A stretch of 20,000 bases of DNA from an uncultured virus (IMG/VR IMGVR_UViG_3300027782_000076) (IMGVR_UViG_3300027782_000076); one strand, 5' to 3'. Shown: positions 6,784 to 14,234, counted from the stretch's first letter. Translations and numbers: made by a program. Notes: generated by a model from the letters alone, not told the origin.

Positions 6784-6791
6784 TATCTTTG
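6784..6791 (+). promoter_or_regulatory. Bacteroidota -7 promoter box
   Basis: TATCTTTG 26 nt before the first rightward ATG (6818); no obvious -33 box. Confidence 0.6.
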
Positions 6792-6817
6792 TATTATTAA
6801 ACCTTATTATATATCAT

Positions 6818-7045
6818 ATGGATAATTTTAAAAACAGTGCGAACCTAAGTGGTTTGACAGTAAAGAACGGTAGATTGATTAACGACAGACCTAATATGGG
6901 TATTGCCGGAGTAACTGCTGCTTGTATTGCAAGAAAAGAATTAAAGAAGGCTAATAAGATTGAGATGTATGCTGAGGCGGTTGCTATGGGTAACAGAAGG
7001 TCTGAAATGTCTGAGGGTCCTGAATTTGTAAAACTTTTAAAATAA
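6818..7045 (+). CDS. Hypothetical basic phage protein
   Basis: 75 aa (GLTVKNGRLINDRP...). Confidence 0.75.
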   Translation: MDNFKNSANLSGLTVKNGRLINDRPNMGIAGVTAACIARKELKKANKIEMYAEAVAMGNRRSEMSEGPEFVKLLK

Positions 7046-7051
7046 ATAGAA

Positions 7052-7288
7052 ATGGCAAAGCAAACATTAAAGTCAAACGTAAGTCAGAGATTCTCTGATA
7101 AAAAAGCAGAGTACACAAGAGATTCTACAAAAATGGAAAACTCTATGAAAACAATGGATAGTATTGGCAAGGCAAATAAAAATGCAATGTTATTAAGTCC
7201 TCAGGATTCTGATAAATATAAAGCGGCAAAAGATACTTTCTATGCAGCTGCAGGTAGAACAACCCAAGCAATGAAAAAGAAGAAGTAA
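7052..7288 (+). CDS. Hypothetical basic (Lys/Met-rich) phage protein
   Basis: 78 aa ending MKKKK. Confidence 0.7.
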   Translation: MAKQTLKSNVSQRFSDKKAEYTRDSTKMENSMKTMDSIGKANKNAMLLSPQDSDKYKAAKDTFYAAAGRTTQAMKKKK

Positions 7289-7431
7289 TGATGGGCGGTA
7301 AGGACAGAGGCGATAGTGCCTTTGGTGTAAAGAAATACTTTCAAGGAGACAAGGGTAAGTCTATATTAGCTGCTAAGGCTGCTAAGGCTAAGAACATAGT
7401 CCAATTGAAGAAGCAAGAGTTGATAAAATAG
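7288..7431 (+). CDS. Small basic Lys/Ala-rich protein (47 aa, below cutoff)
   Basis: TAATG coupling; MMGGKDRGDSAFGVKKYFQGDKGKSILAAKAAKAKNIVQLKKQELIK*. Confidence 0.65.
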   Translation: MMGGKDRGDSAFGVKKYFQGDKGKSILAAKAAKAKNIVQLKKQELIK

Positions 7432-7464
7432 TATTTGTTTGTTATAGTTATATGTTTTGGTTTA

Positions 7465-7496
7465 GGGGAGTCTTTAGTTAGGCTCCTCTTTTTTTT
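7465..7496 (+). terminator. Rho-independent terminator
   Basis: GGGGAGTCT-ttagtt-AGGCTCCTC followed by T8. Confidence 0.8.
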
Positions 7497-7504
7497 ATCA
7501 AAGT

Positions 7505-7696
7505 AATAACAATGTTAGAATATCGACATTAAGATGTTAGATTTTACGACGATTATTGATAGTTAACTAATTGATTATTAATATACTGTCGATAATGTCA
7601 ATTTTAAAGTTAGTTTCTAATAGAAAATAAATATATAAAAGGAGGAAATATATATATATATATAGGGAGATTAAAAAACGACATAACGACATAAAT
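7505..7696. other. Origin-like non-coding region (short repeats, IHF-type site, (TA)8 tract)
   Basis: CGACAT/ATGTC/ATGTTAGA motifs in both orientations, AATCAAttagTTA on the minus strand at 7564-7576, (TA)8 at 7649-7664, tandem AACGACAT x2 at 7677-7692. Confidence 0.4.
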
Positions 7697-8284
7697 ATGA
7701 AAAACACGCTTGGATGGGCTTTAGCAATAGTTTTTGCTATTGCATTACTTAGAAATGGTTGTCACAATGGTGCCAATAATCTAACATTAGACACTGTAAA
7801 AATTGACACGCAGTACGTTGAGCTGCCTGCGCAGACTAAATACATTACTAAATTAGTCCCTAAAACCATAATTAAAAATGATACCATAATTAATACGGTG
7901 GTGGATACATCGTACGTAGTAGGAGACTATTATGCTACAAAGACCTACGAAGATAGTATAGAGTTTACGGGAGTTAAATTATTTTTAACCGAGCGCATTT
8001 CAGAGAATTCTATCCAATCAAGATTGGCATCACTCAAGATGACACAGGCTCAGATTACTAAGACCAATTATATGATTCATCGTAAGCAGGCATCAATTGG
8101 TGTAGGTGGTTCGGTACTGTTTGGTAAAAAGGGAGTGACCCTATCTGTCGACGGAGTATTTACCCCGGCTTATCAGCCGCACTTTTACTTTGTGGGGTAT
8201 GATTTAGTGACGGGACAAATGAGAGTAGGAGCAGCCTTTAAGTTTAATTTGAAGGGCTCAGAGAAGTTTGAACCTGCGCTCTAA
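7697..8284 (+). CDS. Envelope protein, candidate spanin (N-terminal TM/possible lipobox Cys, DT-rich linker, C-terminal amphipathic beta strands)
   Basis: MKNTLGWALAIVFAIALLRNGC...; DTVKIDT/KNDTII/VDTS; C-terminal SIGVGGSVLF...YFVGYD...MRVGAAFKF. Confidence 0.55.
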   Translation: MKNTLGWALAIVFAIALLRNGCHNGANNLTLDTVKIDTQYVELPAQTKYITKLVPKTIIKNDTIINTVVDTSYVVGDYYATKTYEDSIEFTGVKLFLTERISENSIQSRLASLKMTQAQITKTNYMIHRKQASIGVGGSVLFGKKGVTLSVDGVFTPAYQPHFYFVGYDLVTGQMRVGAAFKFNLKGSEKFEPAL

Positions 8285-8651
8285 CCCAATCGGTTAGATA
8301 TGGAGTATCGGGTCTCACAGAGGCTAATATTAGCTCAGACCAAAAGGATATACCATAAGCCATATTCTCATCTAATTCGTCTGCGATGTTTACATTGTGA
8401 TACTTCAGAACGTACTGCACAAGATGCGTGACCTCGTGAATAATGTCGCTGATGGTTGCCTCTTGCTTGAGGATAATATAACAAGTATTTAATTTGCCTT
8501 CTACGAAGGATGCCACCCAACCGCTGTAGTCTACCGACTCGTCGTAGTCTGAGTCGTATTGTAAAATTGACGCGGCAATGTCGTTGGTAACGACTACATT
8601 AACTTTCGTACCATAGGGTATATAGCGGTAAGTGGCAATGATATTATTCAT
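8244..8651 (-). CDS. HExxH zinc-metallopeptidase-like protein (start revised to 8651)
   Basis: IIHEVTHLV followed by DENMAY. The longer 8711 start would overlap the groEL promoter. Confidence 0.65.
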   Translation of the reverse strand: MNNIIATYRYIPYGTKVNVVVTNDIAASILQYDSDYDESVDYSGWVASFVEGKLNTCYIILKQEATISDIIHEVTHLVQYVLKYHNVNIADELDENMAYGISFWSELILASVRPDTPYLTDWVRAQVQTSLSPSN

Positions 8652-8674
8652 ACCCAAAATTAAGTAAAATATTT

Positions 8675-8704
8675 TTTGTGTATTAGCGATATTTGTTATA
8701 TTTG
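8675..8704 (+). promoter_or_regulatory. Bacteroidota sigma70-type promoter for groEL
   Basis: TTTG(8675)-N18-TATATTTG(8697-8704). Confidence 0.65.
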
Positions 8705-8731
8705 CAAACACACAACATTAAATCAAATTAA

Positions 8732-10348
8732 ATGCAAACAGAAAATTTAGGGTACTCCCCGAAGAACTTACAGTTCGACGAGCAGGGTAGGGAAAAATTA
8801 GCTAATGGTGTTAAGCTGATGGCGAAGGCTGTCAAGAGCACATTAGGTCCAAGTGGAAACACGGTGCTAATTGAATCACCAAATCACACACACGGTATTA
8901 CGGTAACAAAGGACGGGGTAACAGTAGCAAAGTCTATTGACCTGTTAGACCCTGTAGAAAACCTTGCGGTTAAGATTATGAAGGAGGCGGCAGACAGAAC
9001 TGCTACGAGTGCCGGTGACGGTACGACCACTGCAATTGTGCTAACCGAGGCTTTAGTAATAAATGGTCTTAACTTAATTAACGAGGGTTACAACAGAACA
9101 GAAGTATTAAGAGCGTTATCGGACATAACCACTAAGGTGGTGGACAAGTTGGTTAAAAAAAGTAAGAAGGTAAGTAACGCAATGTTGTCCGATGTGGCAA
9201 CTATATCAGCAAACAACGACAAGGAGATAGGTAAGATTATCTCTGAGGTATATAAAGAGGTTGGTAAGAACGGTATCGTGACCGTCGAGAGGTCGCAGAC
9301 TGCGGACACCTATGCTGAAACCACTAAGGGATTAAAGATTGAGAGAGGTTACTCGTCTCAGCTGTTTATCAATAACCAAAAGAAGGACGAGTGTATATTT
9401 GAGGACGTGATGGTAATGGTAGCAGATGTGGACATTAGTAACATCTTGCAGATTGAGAACGTATTAAAACCAATTATATCTGAGGGTAAAAAATTACTAA
9501 TCATTGCACCGTGCTCTACCAATGTGGTTAACACTATTGCCGCTAACGTAATGAAGAACAACTTAAAGATATGCACAATTCAACCACCGAACTTTGGGTA
9601 CAAGCAACACGAGCTGATGCAAGATATTGCTATTAGCGTCGGAGCCACGTACTTCAGCGAGAAAACCGGAGATGATTTGTCTCATATCAGTTACGCTGAT
9701 TTAGGTCACGCAAGTAGAGTAATTGTTGGTAGAGACAGCACGGTACTTGTTAAGTCAACTGCAAAGGCGGACGAAACATTAATTGCTGAGCGCGTTGCAC
9801 AGCTGTGGGATGCTTACGCAATGGCAAAGAGAAAGACGGACAAGGACTTTATCTTAGAGAGAATCGCATCACTCACGGGTGGTGTTGGTGTAATCTACGT
9901 CGGTGGTAACACTGACTTGGAGCAGAAGGAATTATTCGATAGAGTAGACGACGCGGTATGCGCGGTACGTTCAGCCTTGGAGGAGGGAATATTGTCGGGA
10001 GCGGGTAAGGCATTGTACGAGATTAACTGCTCAGAGTTTTTAACAGAAGATGCATCTGACGAATATAAGATTGCGAGTTTAATTATTCAACTTGCAATTG
10101 AGTCACCACTAAAACAAATATTAACTAATGCAGGATTAAGTTCTGAAGATATTTATAGCGGTGAGAAAAAAGAAGGTTGGGGCTATAACCTGAAAGATGG
10201 TAAGATGGGAGATTTAATTTCGATGGGTGTTATTGACCCATTAAAGGTAACGAGAAGCGCACTACAGAATGCAGTCTCAGTTGCAATAACTATACTAAGT
10301 ACGAATGCTATCATTACGATGTCAAGGACGTATGAAGCAGGTTCTTAA
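8732..10348 (+). CDS. groEL: Phage-encoded chaperonin GroEL (Cpn60)
   Basis: 538 aa. AVKSTLGPSG, VTKDGVTVAK, AGDGTTTA, VATISAN, ERIASLTGGV, RVDDA...AL.EEG, GVIDPLKVTRSALQNAVS. Confidence 0.97.
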   Translation: MQTENLGYSPKNLQFDEQGREKLANGVKLMAKAVKSTLGPSGNTVLIESPNHTHGITVTKDGVTVAKSIDLLDPVENLAVKIMKEAADRTATSAGDGTTTAIVLTEALVINGLNLINEGYNRTEVLRALSDITTKVVDKLVKKSKKVSNAMLSDVATISANNDKEIGKIISEVYKEVGKNGIVTVERSQTADTYAETTKGLKIERGYSSQLFINNQKKDECIFEDVMVMVADVDISNILQIENVLKPIISEGKKLLIIAPCSTNVVNTIAANVMKNNLKICTIQPPNFGYKQHELMQDIAISVGATYFSEKTGDDLSHISYADLGHASRVIVGRDSTVLVKSTAKADETLIAERVAQLWDAYAMAKRKTDKDFILERIASLTGGVGVIYVGGNTDLEQKELFDRVDDAVCAVRSALEEGILSGAGKALYEINCSEFLTEDASDEYKIASLIIQLAIESPLKQILTNAGLSSEDIYSGEKKEGWGYNLKDGKMGDLISMGVIDPLKVTRSALQNAVSVAITILSTNAIITMSRTYEAGS

Positions 10349-10580
10349 TAAAATTATACACGCCTATCCCGAGCAGGAGTTTCTCAAGGCTGACGGTCTT
10401 GATGAGGCGGTCATTGGCGTAGAGGAAGATGAGATGCGATTAGTTTATTCTGTAGATAAATGCATTGAAATTTTTATGAGTCAGGGGATGGAGTACGACG
10501 AAGCCTTAGAATTTTTTGATTATAATGTACGTGGAGCTTGGATGGGGGATAAAACCCCCATTTGGGTTAAGCTATTATAG
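10332..10580 (+). CDS. Conserved hypothetical acidic phage protein (ADG.DEA.IG ... EA.EFF.YN..GA..G..TP)
   Basis: Likely start MKQVLNK at 10332, overlapping the groEL 3' end. Confidence 0.75.
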   Translation: MKQVLNKIIHAYPEQEFLKADGLDEAVIGVEEDEMRLVYSVDKCIEIFMSQGMEYDEALEFFDYNVRGAWMGDKTPIWVKLL

Positions 10581-10832
10581 AAAACATCTATAGGTGGGAT
10601 TGATAAGATTTAACACCTACAAATATTACAAGTGCTGTAATGTCCTGTTTTTTAACGAATTAAGTGGACAAAGTGCATGAAACGTTACTAAAAAATTATG
10701 CAAACATTTAACAAGTACCAACAAAACAATTAACATTTGTAGCTCAAAAGTGAGCCGTATTGATACGAATTAATACGAATAATGAGCTTTAAAAATCCCA
10801 AAATGGGAACTATTTAAAAATTATTTTTTTTA

Positions 10833-10840
10833 TATCTTTG
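10833..10840 (+). promoter_or_regulatory. Bacteroidota -7 promoter box (near-leaderless transcript)
   Basis: TATCTTTG only 4 nt before ATG 10845. Confidence 0.55.
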
Positions 10841-10844
10841 CTAT

Positions 10845-11093
10845 ATGAAAAAATTAATAACTTGGTTAGGAGAAGTGCTCAAAGATGAGGCAGGAAATCC
10901 ATCATCAAAGAGAGTTGTAGGTATCATATGTGCACTAACGCTTTGCGTTACTATGTACTCTAATTCATTTACCGAGGCGCACTTTGCACCTTCAAGGGAA
11001 TTAGTTGACGCTGTAGCATTATTAACATTTGGTTGTTTAGGGTTATCCTCGGTAGATAAAATTTGGGGTAAGAAAAAAGAAGGAGAAGAATAA
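10845..11093 (+). CDS. Holin-like two-TM membrane protein
   Basis: 82 aa. D..G.PSSKRV.G motif, two hydrophobic helices, charged C-terminal tail KKKEGEE. Confidence 0.55.
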   Translation: MKKLITWLGEVLKDEAGNPSSKRVVGIICALTLCVTMYSNSFTEAHFAPSRELVDAVALLTFGCLGLSSVDKIWGKKKEGEE

Positions 11094-11380
11094 TGTCGGC
11101 TGTTAAAAAAACTGAAGTAAAGGTTCCTTCGGCAATGCCAATATCATTTGAGCAGTTTAGTAAGGACCCCGTTAAAGGGTTATTATTTATTGTATTGGTT
11201 GCAATTGGGTATTTATATGTGGACGGTAAGATGAATTACACTAAGCAGATAGATAAATGCAACGAGGAGGTGATTGTTCTAAATCAAAAAATAGACAAGT
11301 TAACCGAGCACATTAGAAAGAGTGACTCTACTTTAGGATATATGATTTCTAAAGTTGAAATGTTACAGATATTAAAATGA
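11093..11380 (+). CDS. Single-TM coiled-coil membrane protein
   Basis: GLLFIVLVAIGYLYV followed by a heptad region; TAATG coupling. Confidence 0.7.
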   Translation: MSAVKKTEVKVPSAMPISFEQFSKDPVKGLLFIVLVAIGYLYVDGKMNYTKQIDKCNEEVIVLNQKIDKLTEHIRKSDSTLGYMISKVEMLQILK

Positions 11381-11703
11381 GAATAGCAATTATACTTGTA
11401 CTTTTAATGACTGTTGTGCTTGCGCAGCCGCCAAAGATGATAGCACCTAAAGAGCAGGAGTTAGAAATTCTTATGCAAAAATCGCAGCAAAGGTTAAAAA
11501 AGATTGACGTTCTTACTAAACAGATTGATAAAATATCTTCAAGTAAAGTCTCAGGAATGAAAGAGAGTATTGAGACATTGCAAGAAGAAAAAGTACAACT
11601 AAAAAATGAACTACAAGAAACTAAGGCTATTGTTGAGTTTAACTCTGCTAATAAGTCTACCCATTTTAACCTTGAGCCAATCGTATCCGACTCAACGAAT
11701 TGA
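11377..11703 (+). CDS. Exported coiled-coil protein
   Basis: Signal-like MRIAIILVLLMTVVLA^Q, then a long helical Q/K/E-rich region. Confidence 0.7.
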   Translation: MRIAIILVLLMTVVLAQPPKMIAPKEQELEILMQKSQQRLKKIDVLTKQIDKISSSKVSGMKESIETLQEEKVQLKNELQETKAIVEFNSANKSTHFNLEPIVSDSTN

Positions 11704-12049
11704 GGGAAAAGATACGGTGGTTGTAATGACCAAGAAGCAGGCTGAGAATATTAATATGGTCTTTAAGAATACAAAGACTCAGATTGATAAACTTAAAATA
11801 GAGATTGACTCCATTACTAAGATTAAGCCTACCTTGGTTAGAGATACGGTGTACAAGCGTGGCTCTATTCTAATTCCAAATGGGAATTACTTACTATATA
11901 ACTTTAATGAGCAGCAGAATAGGTACGAGTTAGACCCCAACTCTGTGGTTACAGCAAAGGCTGTAGACGATTCAGTTACAAAAAAAGATGTAATCGTCAC
12001 GACAATAGGGTTCATATCGGTAATTGTTTTGTTTGTTATCTTTATATAA
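11606..12049 (+). CDS. Exported protein with C-terminal TM anchor
   Basis: Signal-like MNYKKLRLLLSLTLLISLPILTLS^Q; C-terminal VIVTTIGFISVIVLFVIFI. Confidence 0.7.
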   Translation: MNYKKLRLLLSLTLLISLPILTLSQSYPTQRIEGKDTVVVMTKKQAENINMVFKNTKTQIDKLKIEIDSITKIKPTLVRDTVYKRGSILIPNGNYLLYNFNEQQNRYELDPNSVVTAKAVDDSVTKKDVIVTTIGFISVIVLFVIFI

Positions 12050-12387
12050 TGGGTACCAACAAACCTGAATATATGCATTCGTGGAGGGAGAGGAATAGGA
12101 ATAAGGTTGTTGGTTATGAAAGGAAGCGCTATGAAAAGAGGAAGTATAGCAAGTATGGTATAACAAAAGAAATACTTAACCAAATATTACTCGAACAGAA
12201 TAACAAGTGTTATATTTGCAGCACTGAATTTACAGAGTCGGTTAAGTTAAACATAGACCACTGCCACACAACAATGAAAGTTAGAGGACTACTCTGCATT
12301 AATTGTAATTTAGGGGTTGGTCACTTTAAAGATAACATTGAACTGTTACAAAGCGCAATAGAATATATAATCAAATCAAAATTATGA
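12049..12387 (+). CDS. Endonuclease VII-family (His-Me finger) nuclease
   Basis: KYGIT...QNNKCYIC...NIDHCHTTMKVRGLLCINCNLGVGHFKDN..LLQSAIEY. Confidence 0.9.
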   Translation: MGTNKPEYMHSWRERNRNKVVGYERKRYEKRKYSKYGITKEILNQILLEQNNKCYICSTEFTESVKLNIDHCHTTMKVRGLLCINCNLGVGHFKDNIELLQSAIEYIIKSKL

Positions 12388-12641
12388 AAGCAATCGGCAA
12401 GAATATCATCATTACAATCGTAGACGAAGAGGTTACTACCTCGTCAGGGATATTATTATCAGGCGAAGACGCCAATCAACTAAGATATAAAAGAGGAATT
12501 GTTAAGGCTGCGGGTACAGACGTATCAGCAATTGCAGAAGGCGACGAAATTTACTATGACAAAGGTCACGGTTACACGATGGTGATACACAATGAGCAGT
12601 ATAGCATCATCCAAGAGCGTGACGTTGTCGTAGTATTATAA
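12384..12641 (+). CDS. groES: Phage-encoded co-chaperonin GroES (Cpn10)
   Basis: 85 aa. Mobile loop EVTTSSGILL, G.VKAAG, EGDEIYY, IIQERDVVVVL. Confidence 0.88.
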   Translation: MKAIGKNIIITIVDEEVTTSSGILLSGEDANQLRYKRGIVKAAGTDVSAIAEGDEIYYDKGHGYTMVIHNEQYSIIQERDVVVVL

Positions 12642-13091
12642 TTCCTTATCGTAATTAGGGTCAAGTTTCTTTTCCCTAATATAATTGTTCATCTGTTTCA
12701 TAAAATTGCGGTACACTTTGTCGGTGTACCGTACATTTTTTGCAAACATCGTGTTATTACACTGACTCATAGGTATCTCATCACCGTTTAGTTTCTTATA
12801 GATAGAGGTAATTACTCTTTTGGCTTTGTACGAGAGCTTATATACCTTTGATATTTGAGATGGTCCGTCTCTAAACTTATCTATCCAACCGTCGGCTACT
12901 AATTTGTCAAATCTACTCCTGTCCCAAGGCAGGAGCTCGTTAAATTCTTGGAATTTTTTTCTACTAAAGTATTCTTCGGAGTTGAGAAATAGGAGTATGT
13001 CTAATGAGTTCTGACATAGGTTATACTTAGCCATTATGTAGTACCTAATTACCCTCCAATATTTAAGATAATCATTATTTAAAGTTTTCAT
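12636..13091 (-). CDS. Winged-helix (MarR-like) DNA-binding protein
   Basis: L...LDILLFL ... FDKLVADGWI ... VYKLSYKAKRVI pattern. Confidence 0.55.
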   Translation of the reverse strand: MKTLNNDYLKYWRVIRYYIMAKYNLCQNSLDILLFLNSEEYFSRKKFQEFNELLPWDRSRFDKLVADGWIDKFRDGPSQISKVYKLSYKAKRVITSIYKKLNGDEIPMSQCNNTMFAKNVRYTDKVYRNFMKQMNNYIREKKLDPNYDKEL

Positions 13092-13105
13092 TCGATTTAA
13101 TTTAT

Positions 13106-13113
13106 TACTTTTG
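13106..13113 (+). promoter_or_regulatory. Bacteroidota -7 promoter box
   Basis: TACTTTTG upstream of ATG 13153. Confidence 0.55.
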
Positions 13114-13152
13114 TATCAAAGTTAATTATTATAAACCAATAATCTAAGTAAG

Positions 13153-13287
13153 ATGAAAAAATCTCAAGGTAAAAACACCAATTCATTGCCTGCTGCTTCT
13201 AAGTTAATGCCACCTGCGGGCGGTATGGCTAAGAAAGCTGTTAAAGCTGCAGTTAAAAAAGCTGTAGGAAAGAAAATGATGAAGTAA
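13153..13287 (+). CDS. Small histone-H1-like basic protein (44 aa, below cutoff)
   Basis: MKKSQGKNTNSLPAASKLMPPAGGMAKKAVKAAVKKAVGKKMMK*. Confidence 0.7.
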   Translation: MKKSQGKNTNSLPAASKLMPPAGGMAKKAVKAAVKKAVGKKMMK

Positions 13288-13291
13288 CATT

Positions 13292-13582
13292 ATGGCGGAC
13301 AAGTCCAAAATGAGTTGCAATCGCCCTGTCGCATCAGACAGAGCGGGAAAAAAGAAAATGGTTAAAGCCTGTGCCAACGGTGAAGAGAAACTTCTTCACT
13401 TTGGCGCAAAGGGCTATGGTAACAATTATTCTGCCGCTGCTCGCAAGAGTTTTAAGGCAAGACACAGCTGTGATACGGCAAGTGATAAATTAACTCCAAG
13501 GTATTGGGCTTGTAAAAACTTATGGGCAGGTCCCGGAGGTTCAACAACACCTAATCCTAAAGGAAGAAGAGGGAAATATTAA
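13292..13582 (+). CDS. Conserved basic phage protein (HFG..GY ... RKSFKARH.C ... YWACK.LW)
   Basis: 96 aa, very basic, with a Cys/His cluster. Confidence 0.8.
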   Translation: MADKSKMSCNRPVASDRAGKKKMVKACANGEEKLLHFGAKGYGNNYSAAARKSFKARHSCDTASDKLTPRYWACKNLWAGPGGSTTPNPKGRRGKY

Positions 13583-13584
13583 TT

Positions 13585-13803
13585 ATGCAACAGTCATCTA
13601 AAAAAACCAAAAGACCTGACACCCCATTGGCACCTACTCCTGTAGTAAGGTGGGCAGATAATATTAAAAACCCTGAGAACAAAGAGTATGTTGCTGAGGT
13701 AGCCTTTAATAAAAAGAAGATTGGTAAGGTTACTCAAGAAGAGTTTAATCAAAGATATGGCGTTAAGAAGGATTCTATTGCATATCTTCCAAAGAAAAAA
13801 TAA
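13585..13803 (+). CDS. Hypothetical basic phage protein
   Basis: 72 aa, PDTPLAPTP motif. Confidence 0.7.
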   Translation: MQQSSKKTKRPDTPLAPTPVVRWADNIKNPENKEYVAEVAFNKKKIGKVTQEEFNQRYGVKKDSIAYLPKKK

Positions 13804-13850
13804 TATGCCAAAGCAGGTTTGCTATCGGTAAAAGAGTTTTAAAAATTTAA

Positions 13851-13858
13851 TATCTTTG
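13851..13858 (+). promoter_or_regulatory. Bacteroidota -7 promoter box
   Basis: TATCTTTG upstream of ATG 13878. Confidence 0.55.
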
Positions 13859-13877
13859 TAAAATAAAATATATAAAA

Positions 13878-14063
13878 ATGAAAGCAACAGGAATTAGAGT
13901 TATGTTAAGCGGAGAAATTGCTAAGAATAGCCCAAGTTTAAAGAACGCTCAGTACGGTGGTGTAAAGATTGCAGGTAAAAAAGCAACTTGTAAAGGTCTT
14001 GCTGACCCTTGCATTATGAACGGTACCGTTGGTTCACAATTATCTTCAACTATAAAAAAGTAA
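13878..14063 (+). CDS. Hypothetical basic phage protein
   Basis: 61 aa. Confidence 0.65.
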   Translation: MKATGIRVMLSGEIAKNSPSLKNAQYGGVKIAGKKATCKGLADPCIMNGTVGSQLSSTIKK

Positions 14064-14064
14064 T

Positions 14065-14232
14065 ATGCCTATACGTAGCAGAGGATTAGGAGATACTATT
14101 GAAAAGATTACTACAGCTACAGGAATAAAGGCTGTTGTGAGCAAGATTGCAAATGCTACAGGTAAAGACTGCGGATGTAAGCAACGTAAAGAAGCATTAA
14201 ACAATAAATTCCCATATAAAGAAAATAAATAA
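14065..14232 (+). CDS. Conserved small phage protein (GLGDTIEKIT...DCGC..RK..LN type; 55 aa, below cutoff)
   Basis: MPIRSRGLGDTIEKITTATGIKAVVSKIANATGKDCGCKQRKEALNNKFPYKENK*; fills the gap. Confidence 0.8.
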   Translation: MPIRSRGLGDTIEKITTATGIKAVVSKIANATGKDCGCKQRKEALNNKFPYKENK

Positions 14233-14234
14233 AG

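Noticed and set aside
6433..6825. 130-aa plus-strand ORF in the track
   Set aside because: GTG start, atypical composition, runs through C9/A9 tracts and the rightward promoter; more likely non-coding.
10581..10830. Mini-CRISPR array
   Set aside because: No repeated direct-repeat unit; only ATACGAAT x2 at 10-nt spacing, and no cas genes.
8732..12641. Bacterial chromosome origin of the window, suggested by groEL/groES
   Set aside because: No other housekeeping genes, reversed and split gene order, and phage-type surroundings (Sak, endonuclease VII, tail fibre, many tiny ORFs).
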